Below the pieces are notes generated by a model, which had not been told where the DNA came from, ran no database searches, and was given only the letters and a program-made list of their open reading frames with translations. Shown here piece by piece: positions 1 through 9,247 of a DNA stretch of 64,000 nucleotides. The translations under genes and the position numbers were made by a program. This stretch comes from Isosphaeraceae bacterium (GTDB taxonomy: Bacteria > Planctomycetota > Planctomycetia > Isosphaerales > Isosphaeraceae). The DNA is taken from assembly GCA_965201075.1 (NCBI GenBank), contig CBDAVP010000016.1:372001-436000 (forward strand). Reading direction: 5' to 3'. Each line of letters begins with the position of its first letter. The stretch's first letter is position 1.

Positions 1-2051
1 CCGTTGGAGTCAGTCACGGCGTTGAGCGACGGGAAGGCGTCGACCCGGATCGTGGCGCCGACGATCGGGATGTTCGAGCCGTCGGGATTCTTGTGGTAGG
101 AGTCGTAGACGTAGCCGTAGACGTTGGTGCCGGGGACCTGGGTGAGCGAGAGGGTCGTGAAGTCGGCCGAGAGCATGCCTCCCGGCGCGCCGTCGCCGTT
201 GGCGTCGATCGGCAGGCCGTCGAGCCCCTTGACCTTGTTGCCATCGACGAGGATGCGGACCTCGGTCGAGGCCGGCAGAGCGGCGGTCGGGACGAGCGTG
301 GCGAACATCTTCGTCGAGGAGACGCGGATCGTCCCGGCGATCGGCGCCCCGAGGGCGATCGCCTGGAACGCGTCGGGCGTGAGGGTTGACGGGTCGACCG
401 GCGCGTCGAAGTTCACGACGATGGTCCGGGCCTCGCTGACGTCCTCCTCGCCGTTGGCCGGGGTCGTCTGGGTGATCTGGACGGGTACCGCCACCGTGAA
501 AGCGAACGAGGCCGTCGACTCCGAGACGGGGTTGCCCGCCAGGTCGGTGATGGCCGACGAGAGGGCCAGCCTGTATGCGCCGTTGGCCAGGGGCGAGGAG
601 AAGGCAAGATGCGCCACGTTCGGCGCGGTCAAGGTTGCCGCCGATGGGTGAAACGGGGCACCGGAGGCGGGCTGCAAGGTGTAGTTCTCGGGCAACGCCG
701 CGAGGCCCGAGACTGGCTCGCTGAAGGTGACGTCGAGGCCCGAGATCGTCGCGTTGACGGTCCCGGAGAGCGAAGCGGTTGCCGTTGGCGCGGTTGTGTC
801 GAGCTGGAAAAGGAAAACGGGCGACAAGGCCTTGTCGCCCGCAGCGTCGGTTCCGGTGAAGACGACGGCGTACGGACCGTCGTGGGGGACGGTCGGGGTG
901 AACGTGAAGGCGCCGGTCGAGGCATCGAAGGAGACCGGGACGGACGCGGCGCTGTTGACGCGGGCCGTAAGCGTCGCCACGGGCGAGGTCGCGTCGAGGA
1001 TCGTGCCGGTGATTGTCGGTGGCGTGCGGACCGCGGAGGTGGGCGCGGGGGTGTTGAGCGTGATCGTCGGCGCGGTCGTGGCGAGATTGGTCGGGGGGTT
1101 GTTCGGGGGGGTGTCGGGCGGATTGGCCGGGGTGTTGTTGGGCGGATTGGCCGGGGTCGCCACCCGGTCGAAGGTGAGGCGGGCCGTCGCGTGCTGGCCG
1201 AAGGTGTCGGACGCGAGGGCGAGGAGCGTCGTGGTGCCGATTGGGGGGGCGATCGTGAAGCCGTAGTGGCCCGAGGCGTCGGCGGTCGTCGTCCGGTCGA
1301 GAGTGCCGTCCGCTCCGAGGTCGAGGCCGACCGAGGAGCCCGGGGCGCTCTGGCCGACGAGGGTGACGGCGGGGGAGGTCACGCGGCCCTGGGTGTCGCG
1401 GGGCGTGCCGGCGTCCAGGCCGATCGTCGGCGAGAGCGGGCGGAGGCGTGTCGAGACCCCCCGGTTGGCCCGGGCCAGGACCAGGTCGTAGTCGCCGATC
1501 ACACCGTTGCGGTTGACGTCGGCGTCGAGGAGGTATCGCGGGTCGCCGGCCCGCACGCCCCTCAGCGAGCGGATGAGGCGGAGGTCGGCGGTGTCGACGC
1601 GGAAGTCGCCGTTGGCGTCCCCCGCCAGGAAGGTCGCCAGCCGGTACGACCCGGAAGTGTCCCGCCGCGAGCCGACCCGCAGCGAGTAGTCCCCCGGCTT
1701 GGCCGTGGCGAGGGTGAGACTGGAATGATCGCCGGCCGAGTTGGTTTTGCCGAGGATCGCGGACGACCTGGCGCCGCGGTGCGGGACGATGCGGATGCGC
1801 CCGGGGGCCAGCCCCGCGGAATCGGCCTCCGCGGAGAACCCCAGCAGCACCCGGCCCCGGGGCGAGTTGAAGTCGGCCGGTGTCACCCGCACCTCGGTCA
1901 CTCCCGAGCCGGAGGGGCCGGTAACCGCCCCGTCGAACTGGGCGAAGGTGTTGCGACCTGTCGACAGGAGCGTCCGCTCTTCGAGGTAGAACACCTCGGC
2001 GCGGAATTCGGCGGACCTGCGCACTCGACCTCGGCGGCGGGGGAGGGTCAT
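1..2051 (-). CDS. 5' part of a large secreted/surface protein: planctomycete extracellular leader, dockerin-like Ca-binding repeat pair, Pro/Asn linker, bacterial Ig-like domains; runs off the window start
   Basis: Manual translation from ATG 2051 (frame absent from the ORF track because it has no stop in the window): MTLPRRRGRVRRSAEFRAEVFYLEERTLLS...GDANGDFRVDTADL...ADVNRNGVIGDYDL...TPANPPNNTPANPP...DTTAPT...VTFSEPV...ITDLAGNP...GYVYDSYHKNPDGSNIPIVGATIRVD...AVTDSNG. Confidence 0.85.
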   Translation of the reverse strand, partial: MTLPRRRGRVRRSAEFRAEVFYLEERTLLSTGRNTFAQFDGAVTGPSGSGVTEVRVTPADFNSPRGRVLLGFSAEADSAGLAPGRIRIVPHRGARSSAILGKTNSAGDHSSLTLATAKPGDYSLRVGSRRDTSGSYRLATFLAGDANGDFRVDTADLRLIRSLRGVRAGDPRYLLDADVNRNGVIGDYDLVLARANRGVSTRLRPLSPTIGLDAGTPRDTQGRVTSPAVTLVGQSAPGSSVGLDLGADGTLDRTTTADASGHYGFTIAPPIGTTTLLALASDTFGQHATARLTFDRVATPANPPNNTPANPPDTPPNNPPTNLATTAPTITLNTPAPTSAVRTPPTITGTILDATSPVATLTARVNSAASVPVSFDASTGAFTFTPTVPHDGPYAVVFTGTDAAGDKALSPVFLFQLDTTAPTATASLSGTVNATISGLDVTFSEPVSGLAALPENYTLQPASGAPFHPSAATLTAPNVAHLAFSSPLANGAYRLALSSAITDLAGNPVSESTASFAFTVAVPVQITQTTPANGEEDVSEARTIVVNFDAPVDPSTLTPDAFQAIALGAPIAGTIRVSSTKMFATLVPTAALPASTEVRILVDGNKVKGLDGLPIDANGDGAPGGMLSADFTTLSLTQVPGTNVYGYVYDSYHKNPDGSNIPIVGATIRVDAFPSLNAVTDSN
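1116..1157. repeat. Two copies of 18-bp GGGCGGATTGGCCGGGGT (1116-1133, 1140-1157) encoding the TPANPP linker repeat
   Basis: Direct sequence identity; lies in the Pro/Asn/Thr linker of the surface protein. Confidence 0.85.
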
Positions 2052-2333
2052 GGATGCCTCGCGACGGTGGGACGTTTCTGACGGTCGTCGTCAGAGTAGG
2101 GACCGCAACGTTGTCCACGGTGGCATCGGCCGACCCTCGCCAAGGCGCGAGAGGGCCAGGCTCACGGCGTCGCCGATGCGCGTTCGTTTCGATCGGGGAG
2201 AAAGTCCGGTACTCGCATGCGAGACCGTGGTGCAATGCATGGATCTTAAGCGTTGAGAAATGTTCCGGTCAAACAAAAGAATTTCCATGACCGTCGTGGC
2301 GTCGATGGGTGGGGATGAGAGCCATGCTCCTCG

Positions 2334-3452
2334 TCACCTTGGTGGATGCCGGGTTGCCGTTTCCTCGGCTTGTGGCCGGGCTGGCTTTGGAGGGTTTGGT
2401 CGATGGGGAGGGCCCGTTGGTGCCTGGTTGCGAGAAAGGACGGGACGGGGAGCGGTCGGGGAAGCGTCGAGACGAGGAGAGTTCGGGGGATTCCGGGAGG
2501 TTGGGTTGGGGTTTCGCCTGGAGGAGAAGTTCCAGAGGGGCGGGAGCGGGGTGGAGAGGGCTCGTCGGGGGTTGCGTTTGGGTTTGGGCTCGTTGCTGGG
2601 TTCCTTGATGGGCGGAACGGTGGCGGGGTCGACGTCGGGGGGGATGTAGGCGGGCTGCATGCTTCGGTCGACGTAGACGAGGTCTCCGTCGGGGTCCTTG
2701 CGGTAGCCGGGGGCGAGGTTGGCGGGACGACGGCCCGATTGGAAGCGGCTCAGGAGCCATTCCAGTCGGCGGGCGATGCTGGTTTCCTGACGACGGAGGG
2801 GGGTCAGGGCGGCGAGGATCGCGGGGCCGAGGCCCCGGGCGGCGGCGGCTCGGGATCGGTGGTCGAGGTCGGCGAGGGGGCCGTCGTGCAGTGATTGGAG
2901 GCGGGCGATTTCGGAGCGGATCAGGACTTTGAGGTCGGATGGGGTTTGGGGAAGCGCGTCGCTGGACTCGGAGGAGAGCCCCAGGAGCTGGAGGGCTCGG
3001 GATTTCTGGGCGGTGTCCCAGGGGGTGCCGGCGTCGAGGGGGGTTTGCAGCTCGGTCCAGCGTTGGAGGAGCCAGGCGGCGCCGGCGCGGGTGGAGCGGA
3101 GCTGGTAGGCGATGGCGGCGGGGGATTTGGGTAATTTCTGGGCGAGTTGTTCGGCCTCACGGCGGCGGTCGTCGTCCCAGGATTCGATGGCCCGGCGAGC
3201 GAGGGCGTCTCGATGGACGGCCTCATCGACTTGACAGCGTTCGAGGCGCAGGGCCTGGAGGCAGACCTGTTCCAGGAGCCACATTTCGACGGCGTTGTTG
3301 GGTTTCAGGGACGAGCACCACTGGTCGGCGCGGGTCTGGATGGCGGCGCGCTCCTCGTCGGGGAGCGGGAGGTCGTCGAAGGGGCCGAGGTTGGGGTCTC
3401 CCGCGGCGACGAGTTCGTACTGGGCGATCAGTTGGCGGAGGGTGGCGGCCAT
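2334..3452 (-). CDS. Hypothetical alpha-helical protein with Pro-rich C-terminal tail
   Basis: ORF 2334..3746; protein-like sequence begins at ATG 3452 (MAATLRQLIAQYELVAAG...EMWLLEQVCLQALRLERCQ...WLLQRW); the upstream in-frame part is low-complexity. Confidence 0.7.
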   Translation of the reverse strand: MAATLRQLIAQYELVAAGDPNLGPFDDLPLPDEERAAIQTRADQWCSSLKPNNAVEMWLLEQVCLQALRLERCQVDEAVHRDALARRAIESWDDDRRREAEQLAQKLPKSPAAIAYQLRSTRAGAAWLLQRWTELQTPLDAGTPWDTAQKSRALQLLGLSSESSDALPQTPSDLKVLIRSEIARLQSLHDGPLADLDHRSRAAAARGLGPAILAALTPLRRQETSIARRLEWLLSRFQSGRRPANLAPGYRKDPDGDLVYVDRSMQPAYIPPDVDPATVPPIKEPSNEPKPKRNPRRALSTPLPPLWNFSSRRNPNPTSRNPPNSPRLDASPTAPRPVLSRNQAPTGPPHRPNPPKPARPQAEETATRHPPR

Positions 3453-3896
3453 GATTGGGTTTGGTTCTGGTTGGGATTTTGTTGGGTGGGGATGAGGGAT
3501 TCGGGCGTTTGATTGGGGTCTGGATGAGGAACCTGGGTGCGCGTTCGAGGTCCGCCTTGGTTTCTGGCGGTGGAGCGTGTTCCTCCCCGTTGAGAATCGT
3601 GACCTTGGTGGGGGTTTGCGCGGGAATTTTGGTAATTTTCTTGGTCTTGTTCTTTTGTGTGGATATGGGTGGGGTTGAGCGGTCCGCGGGCCCGCGGGCT
3701 GGAGTCCATTGGGGATTGGGGACTCGTTTCCACGGTGGGCTGGCATTGGGATACGGGCCGCGGAGCGGCTGGGGAAGGCATCCCTCCGAGGGACCGGAGG
3801 GACGAGGGAGGGATGGATAGACGAGGGAGGGGAGCCAAAGGATTTCGGGGCCGGTGTCGTTGAGTCTCGATCCGTCCGCTATGCTGGGCGGATGCG

Positions 3897-4544
3897 GTGG
3901 AGCGGGACGAGCCGGGTAGCCGGCCGATCGACCCGATGGTCGTCGGCGACCGATTTCCCACCTACGCCCATGCTTCGCATCGCCGGGTTTGGCGGGCCAA
4001 TCTGCATCGGGACATGCAGGCGATAATCGATGACATGTGCGGCGGTGAGATCATCGGCGGCAAGCTGCTCTACTTCTCCGGGAGGGTCTTCGCCTGGTGG
4101 CGCGCCCTGCGGCCCGGGGCGATCCATCGACAGACCCTGCGGGGGTACGTGGCGGGGCTTCGTCTGGTGGTGCGGTCGCAGGACTGCGACTGCCAGGCGA
4201 CGGGACGGGCGTGCCGGAAGCTTATGGAAGTCGGGGCGTCGCTGTGGACCTTCGCGAAGACCGAAGGAGTGCCGCCGCACAACAACGCGTCGGCACGGTT
4301 GTTGTGGCATGGAGCCATCTGGCGGAAGATCATCCACGGCACCGACAGCGATGCAGGGAGCCGGTTCGTGGTGTGGAGGTGCTAAGTGTTGCGGCGACGT
4401 GCCGGCAGCGAGGCCGTGGTGATTCTGGCGTTCCTGATCGACTGCGTCCGCGCCGGGATTGAGGGACGGAGATCCCTAGCGGCCCTCATGTGAGCCGAAA
4501 GTGATCGGATGTCAGCTTTCGCCTCATCGACCGTGAACGGCCAG
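3897..4544 (+). mobile_element. IS66-family transposase remnant (3' part, frameshifted) with degenerate right end
   Basis: VVGDRFPTY...WRANLHRDMQA...VPPHNNASARLLWHGAIWRKIIHGTDSDAGSRF, then continues in another frame as VLSVAATCRQRGR, matching the IS66 TnpC C-terminus; GTGAACGGCCAG at 4533-4544 resembles an IS66 terminal repeat. Confidence 0.75.
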
Positions 4545-4672
4545 GTTGACCTGCTGGACGTGGCATGTTAAGTTATCTCGGATAATGATCTGATGATAAA
4601 CTATGGCAAATTAGTAAGATAGGGGTTGGCGTTATTTCGAACTGGACAACCAGGCCAAGAGGGGTTCTTTAT

Positions 4673-5164
4673 GTGAAAGAATGGGCAATTGTATCAGCGA
4701 TGTTCGTTTTGGTTATATGTGCCTCTGCGGCAATTTTACTGCCGCGAGTAGACATTAGCGACAAAGCTAGTGATATACCATTAGATGCAGCAAAGGTTGA
4801 ATTAACGAGTTTGCTCACGAGGTGCTTGGGATACGGACTTGACCCCGAAGCAAAAATGATATCTGCATTTAGGTATCAATTTAACGCCCACGGTGACGGC
4901 TCTCAATGGTACTGCATCAGGCTTGATCCAAATTCGTTTAAGGAATTCGAGACCCACTTGGAAAAATTGAACGGCCAAAAAAAACCTGTTCTTGTAGCCG
5001 CATTTCCGAGAAGCTTGCCCCAAGAGAATATCCCAAAACCTTTTTGGTGGGTCAAAGACAGTAATAACAGCCTTATAAGCTATGAAATTGTTTACGGAAA
5101 CTTCTTGTATGTTTCGCTACAAGTCGGGTCGAACAAAGTATACGTCTGCAATCTGGAAAAGTGA
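4673..5164 (+). CDS. AT-rich orphan protein with N-terminal transmembrane/signal segment
   Basis: 163-aa ORF with hydrophobic N-terminus (WAIVSAMFVLVICASAAILL); DNA visibly much more AT-rich than the rest of the window. Confidence 0.7.
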   Translation: MKEWAIVSAMFVLVICASAAILLPRVDISDKASDIPLDAAKVELTSLLTRCLGYGLDPEAKMISAFRYQFNAHGDGSQWYCIRLDPNSFKEFETHLEKLNGQKKPVLVAAFPRSLPQENIPKPFWWVKDSNNSLISYEIVYGNFLYVSLQVGSNKVYVCNLEK

Positions 5165-5194
5165 TGTTAAGCATTATGTCAACTGCCATTAAGA

Positions 5195-5600
5195 AATGCG
5201 CGTGCGGTTCAAACAGCGAGACCAGCTTCTCCGGGGACGGGACTGGGTCCTCCTGGATCACTCGCCGCCGGGCCTGGACGATTCCCCGCTTCAGCAGCGG
5301 CAGGTCCTCATCCAGCCGGCTGGCCAGCCGCAGCGCGGCCGGGTCGTCGCCCCGCCCGCGGAGGGCCGCCAAGACTCGCCGGCCATGGGCCCCGGTCCGC
5401 TGGGCTGCGGCGATCAGCCGGCCGTAAGCCGCCTCGAGGGCCAATCGGCCCGCCTCGTTCTTGCGTCGGGCGATCCGGTGGAGCTGCTGCGAGAGCGTGC
5501 GGACGGTGCGGACCCGGCTGCGGAAGGCCCCCTTTATCCTCCGGCACACCCTCGCCGTCCAGGCGCAGGGGCAGGCGACGCCCGCCTCCAGCAGCGAACA
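5195..5600 (-). pseudogene. IS5/ISNCY-type transposase internal fragment
   Basis: FRSRVRTVRTLSQQLHRIARRK...AYGRLI...LPLLKRGIVQARRRVIQEDPVPSPEKLVSLFEPH matches the 'RRV...VP..EKLVS.FEPH' segment of this transposase group; truncated at both ends. Confidence 0.7.
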
Positions 5601-5617
5601 CATGACAGGAGTTAGCC

Positions 5618-6145
5618 ATGCCCTTGCGACTTCCCCGCCCCCGCTTCACCCTCAGCCGGCTGATGATCGCCGTGGCCTCGGCGGCGTATGCCTCGGCCGT
5701 GGGTGCGAAACTGTGGCGAGAGTGCCTCCGCCTGCGTTCGGAAGAACCCCTCTTTGCCGCGATAGTGGTGGGAATGTATGGATGGTTTTCCATGCGTCAC
5801 CCCTGGCTCGCCCTCCCTTTGATCTTGTGCGTTGTCGAAGGTATGGTCCAAACTTCTGGTTGTTATAAGCATCTCACGACGCTGCCCCAGGCCATTGGCC
5901 AAGGATGCATCGCCGCCTGGATCATCGGCGCCTTGGCCGGCTGGATCACCCGGCGCGGTCGACGGTTACGTCGCAGTCTCACGCACTGGGGGTTTGACTA
6001 CTCTGGCCTCGGGGGAGTCGGGCCGTGGGTCGGTCGTGGAGAGTGTTGCCCCGCGGGAGCGGGAGAGACGCAGGATGGCCCGGTGTGCGACTCGGCCGGA
6101 ACTTCCGAGGTCGATGGCCGGGATCGGTCGCTCACGGCGACTTGA
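5618..6145 (+). CDS. Hypothetical membrane protein with planctomycete-type N-terminus
   Basis: MPLRLPRPRFTLSRLMIAVA leader followed by several hydrophobic segments; true C-terminus uncertain. Confidence 0.55.
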   Translation: MPLRLPRPRFTLSRLMIAVASAAYASAVGAKLWRECLRLRSEEPLFAAIVVGMYGWFSMRHPWLALPLILCVVEGMVQTSGCYKHLTTLPQAIGQGCIAAWIIGALAGWITRRGRRLRRSLTHWGFDYSGLGGVGPWVGRGECCPAGAGETQDGPVCDSAGTSEVDGRDRSLTAT

Positions 6146-6222
6146 CGACGCGAATGCCCCGCCATTAGCCTGGCCGGGGTTGGTCGAGATGCCGCCCCTT
6201 GCCTTCGAGGTCGTCCCGACCG

Positions 6223-6795
6223 ATGTCCATGACCGATCGCCTGACCGCCCGGGACGCGGCCTTGTTGCTGATCGACCTCCAACCGAGGCTGCTGGGGACG
6301 ATTTCCGAGGCCCCGTTGCTGAAGGCCAACGCCTTGAGGCTGGCCCAAGCCGCGGGATTGCTGGGCATCCCCTTGTGGGCGACCGAGCAGTCGCCGATGA
6401 AGCTGGGTCCGACCGACCCGGAGCTTGCCTCGCTGATCCCGACGCCCTTGCCGAAATCGACCTTCCGCTGTGGAGGGGCGCCGGGGCTACTTGAAGCCCT
6501 TGAGGGTTGCGGCGTTCGCCACGTGACTCTGGCCGGCATCGAGGCGCATGTCTGTGTCGCCCAGACGGCCCTGGAGTTGCTTTCGAGGGGGTTCGCGGTG
6601 CAGGTTCCGGTCGATGCGGTTGGCTCTCGAGGTGGGCTCGACCGGGAGATTGCCCTGAGGCGTTTGGAAGGCGCCGGGGCGGTGCTCTCGACCGTCGAGG
6701 CGGTGCTGTTTGAGTGGACCGAGACCGCCGAACATCCTCAGTTTCGCTCGATCAGTGCGTTGGTCCGCGACTTCCGCCCGCCCGGATCGGGTTGA
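6223..6795 (+). CDS. Isochorismatase-family (cysteine) hydrolase
   Basis: LLLIDLQPRL, TEQSPMKLGPT, KSTF, AGIEAHVCVAQTALELL and VDAVGSR motifs. Confidence 0.9.
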   Translation: MSMTDRLTARDAALLLIDLQPRLLGTISEAPLLKANALRLAQAAGLLGIPLWATEQSPMKLGPTDPELASLIPTPLPKSTFRCGGAPGLLEALEGCGVRHVTLAGIEAHVCVAQTALELLSRGFAVQVPVDAVGSRGGLDREIALRRLEGAGAVLSTVEAVLFEWTETAEHPQFRSISALVRDFRPPGSG

Positions 6796-6836
6796 GGTTC
6801 GCTCCCTGTCGCCCCCTTTCTCTTGAGGCACCCGCC

Positions 6837-8024
6837 ATGCCCGCCGACTCGGCCACGCTCCCTCCCCTGAATCCTTCCCGTCGCGTGTTGCTGGGGCCGG
6901 GGCCCAGCGAGGTCCACCCTCGGGTTCTGGCGGCGCTGGGGTTGCCCTTGCTGGGGCATCTGGACCCGGAATTCGTGGCGATCATGGACCAGACGCAGAC
7001 CCTTTTGCGCCGAGTATTTCAGACCGAGAACCGGTTGACTATGGCGGTTTCGGGGACGGGTTCGGCCGGGATGGAGGCGGTGGTCGTCAACCTGATCGAG
7101 CCGGGCGACAAGATGGTGGTGGGGGTCAACGGCGTTTTTGGTGGGCGGATGGTTGACGTCGCGCGTCGCGCTGGGGCCGAGGTGACGCCGATCGAGCGGC
7201 CCTTTGGCGAGGTCTTTACCGCCGAGGAGGTTGGCGAGGTTGTCCGCAAGGTCCGGCCCAAGGTGGTCGGGATCGTCCACGCGGAGACGTCCACCGGCGC
7301 CTGGCAGCCGATTCCCGAGATCGCCCAGGTCGTCCACGACGGCGGCGCGCTTCTGGCCGTGGACGCGGTGACGAGCCTCGGCGGCGTGCCCGTGGAGGTC
7401 GATGCCTGGGGGATCGACGCGATTTATTCGGGAACCCAGAAATGCCTGAGCTGCCCGCCGGGCCTGGCCCCCGTTTCGTTCGGGCCGAGGGCTTCGGAGG
7501 CGATCCATGCCCGCAAGACGCCGGTCCAGAGCTGGTATCTTGACCTGACGATGATCGAGAAATACTGGGGCAGCGATCGGTTCTATCACCACACCGCGCC
7601 GATCAGTATGAACTATGCCTTGCGGGAGGCGTTGGCCCTCGTTCTGGAAGAGGGTCTCGACGCGGCGTTCGCCCGCCATATGAAGAATCATCGGGCGTTG
7701 AAGGCGGGGCTGGCGGCGATGGGTTTGGGGTATGTGACGGCCCGGGGGCGGGAGTTGCCCCAGTTGAATTGCGTGCAAATTCCCGAGGGGGTTGATGACC
7801 TGGCGGTCCGGAAGCGGTTGCTGGCGGAGTGGGGGATCGAGATTGGCGGGGGGCTGGGGTCGATGAAGGGGCGGGCCTGGCGGATTGGCCTGATGGGCCA
7901 GGGGTCTCGTCGCGAGTATGTGACCTTGGTGTTGGCGGCGTTGGAAACGGTCTTGCGGGACCTGGGTGTGAAGATCGAGCCGGGCGCGGCGCTGGCCGCG
8001 GCCGGGTCGGTTTACGCCGGTTGA
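6837..8024 (+). CDS. Alanine/serine-glyoxylate aminotransferase (class V PLP enzyme)
   Basis: LLGPGPS, GHLDPEF, SGTGSAGMEA, VHAETSTG, VDAVTSLGG, SGTQKCLSCPPG (PLP lysine), YHHTAP. Confidence 0.93.
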   Translation: MPADSATLPPLNPSRRVLLGPGPSEVHPRVLAALGLPLLGHLDPEFVAIMDQTQTLLRRVFQTENRLTMAVSGTGSAGMEAVVVNLIEPGDKMVVGVNGVFGGRMVDVARRAGAEVTPIERPFGEVFTAEEVGEVVRKVRPKVVGIVHAETSTGAWQPIPEIAQVVHDGGALLAVDAVTSLGGVPVEVDAWGIDAIYSGTQKCLSCPPGLAPVSFGPRASEAIHARKTPVQSWYLDLTMIEKYWGSDRFYHHTAPISMNYALREALALVLEEGLDAAFARHMKNHRALKAGLAAMGLGYVTARGRELPQLNCVQIPEGVDDLAVRKRLLAEWGIEIGGGLGSMKGRAWRIGLMGQGSRREYVTLVLAALETVLRDLGVKIEPGAALAAAGSVYAG

Positions 8025-8056
8025 GAGGAATAGCGGACAGCGCTCCCGGGGGCGCC

Positions 8057-8141
8057 GGGGAAAAGAGGGACAGGCACTCGGGGCCGAAGGTTAGGGTTTT
8101 GGCCTGAGTTGTGAGTGGCGCGAGCCAGTCCCCTTTTCCCC
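8057..8141. terminator. Long imperfect stem-loop between convergent aminotransferase and pyrF genes
   Basis: GGGGAAAAGAGGGAC (8057-8071) pairs with GTCCCCTTTTCCCC (8128-8141); inner ACTCGGGGCCGAAG / TTTTGGCCTGAGT stem. Confidence 0.55.
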
Positions 8142-8146
8142 AAGCT

Positions 8147-9115
8147 CTAGGGTTTCGCGAGGCGGCCGGCGGGGGTGTGCTCGGCGAGTTGGGCGATCAT
8201 CTCATGGGCCGCCGCCTCGACGGCCGTTTGCCAGTTCTTTCCGGGAGCGGGTTTGAGGTCTCTTCGAAGGTAGGCGTGGGTCAGCCCTCGGGAGTTGTTG
8301 ACGATTGCTCCGAAGCCCTGGGCGTCGAAGGCGGGGGCGACGTCGGCGGCGGTTCCTCCCTGGGCTCCGAAGCCGGGGACCAGGAACAGGACGCGGGGCA
8401 TCGCCTGACGAAGCTCGGCGAGTTGTTCGGGGTAGGTCGCGCCGACGACGGCTCCGAGGAGGCTGTAGCCCGAGTCGCCTCGATGCGGGGCGGCCCAGGC
8501 GGCGAGGCGGTCGGCGACGTGGCGGTAGACGGGACGGCCCTCGGCGATGAGGTCTTGAAAGTCGCCGGCCGAGGGATTGCTGGTTCGGACCAGGGCGAAG
8601 GCCCCCTTCCCTTCTTTTGCCGCGACTTCCACGAAGGGGGCGATGCCGTCGCCGCCGAGGTAGGGGTTGATGGTCAGGGCGTCGGCGTCCCAGGGGGTTT
8701 CCTCGATGCCGCCGCCCACGTCGACCCGGCCGAGGTAGGCGCGGGCGTAGGCTTCGGCGGTGGAGCCGATGTCGTTGCGCTTGCCGTCGATCAGGACGAG
8801 GAGACCCTTTTGCCGGGCGTAATGGGCCGAGGCGTGGAGGGCGGCGAACCCTTCGGGACCGAACGCCTCGTAAAAGGCGGCCTGGAACTTCACGGCCGGG
8901 ACGATCGGGGCGAGGACGTCCAGAACGTCTCGGCCGAACGCCTCGAAGGCCGAGGCGACACCGGCGCGATTGCGAGGGAAGCGGTCGAGGAGGCCAGGGG
9001 GCAGGGATTCGGGGCGAGGGTCGATGCCGGCGAGGACGGCGTTGCCGCGGGCGCGGAGGGCGGCGTTGAGGCGGTCGGCGAAGTGGTCCAAGGTGTTCCC
9101 CGGGTGGGACTCCAT
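8147..9115 (-). CDS. pyrF: Orotidine-5'-phosphate decarboxylase (subfamily 2)
   Basis: GIDPR, AVKFQAAFYE, DGKRNDIGST, TINPYLG, VRTSNP, GAVVGATYP, LVPGFGAQGG, NNSRG; start ATG 9115 chosen so the gene does not overlap the tRNA. Confidence 0.95.
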   Translation of the reverse strand: MESHPGNTLDHFADRLNAALRARGNAVLAGIDPRPESLPPGLLDRFPRNRAGVASAFEAFGRDVLDVLAPIVPAVKFQAAFYEAFGPEGFAALHASAHYARQKGLLVLIDGKRNDIGSTAEAYARAYLGRVDVGGGIEETPWDADALTINPYLGGDGIAPFVEVAAKEGKGAFALVRTSNPSAGDFQDLIAEGRPVYRHVADRLAAWAAPHRGDSGYSLLGAVVGATYPEQLAELRQAMPRVLFLVPGFGAQGGTAADVAPAFDAQGFGAIVNNSRGLTHAYLRRDLKPAPGKNWQTAVEAAAHEMIAQLAEHTPAGRLAKP

Positions 9116-9142
9116 TGACAGGATCGGAGGGGATTTTACAAT
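9115..9142 (+). promoter_or_regulatory. Sigma70-type promoter of tRNA-Pro
   Basis: TTGACA (9115-9120), 16 nt, TACAAT (9137-9142), 30 nt upstream of the tRNA. Confidence 0.75.
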
Positions 9143-9172
9143 GGGGCCTCGCCAGGCGAAAGCTCGGTGGGA

Positions 9173-9247
9173 CGGGGCGTAGCGCAGTTTGGCTAGCGCG
9201 CTTGGATGGGGTCCAAGAGGTCGTGGGTTCAAATCCCGCCGCCCCGA
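9173..9247 (+). tRNA. tRNA-Pro (anticodon GGG), CCA not encoded
   Basis: Acceptor CGGGGCG/CGCCCCG plus discriminator A; D-arm GCGC AGTTTGGCTA GCGC; anticodon arm CTTGG AT-GGG-GT CCAAG; T-arm GTGGG TTCAAAT CCCGC. Confidence 0.97.

Noticed and set aside
10..2235. 741-aa minus-strand ORF in the track
   Set aside because: Arg/Pro-rich off-frame shadow of the real gene, which is in another minus frame starting at 2051 and running off the window
3453..3860. Strongly G/T-skewed stretch with GGG runs (G-quadruplex or ncRNA?) and N-terminal extension of ORF 2334..3746
   Set aside because: The skew continues that of the adjacent gene and no consistent structure is evident; the extension is low-complexity and unlikely to be translated
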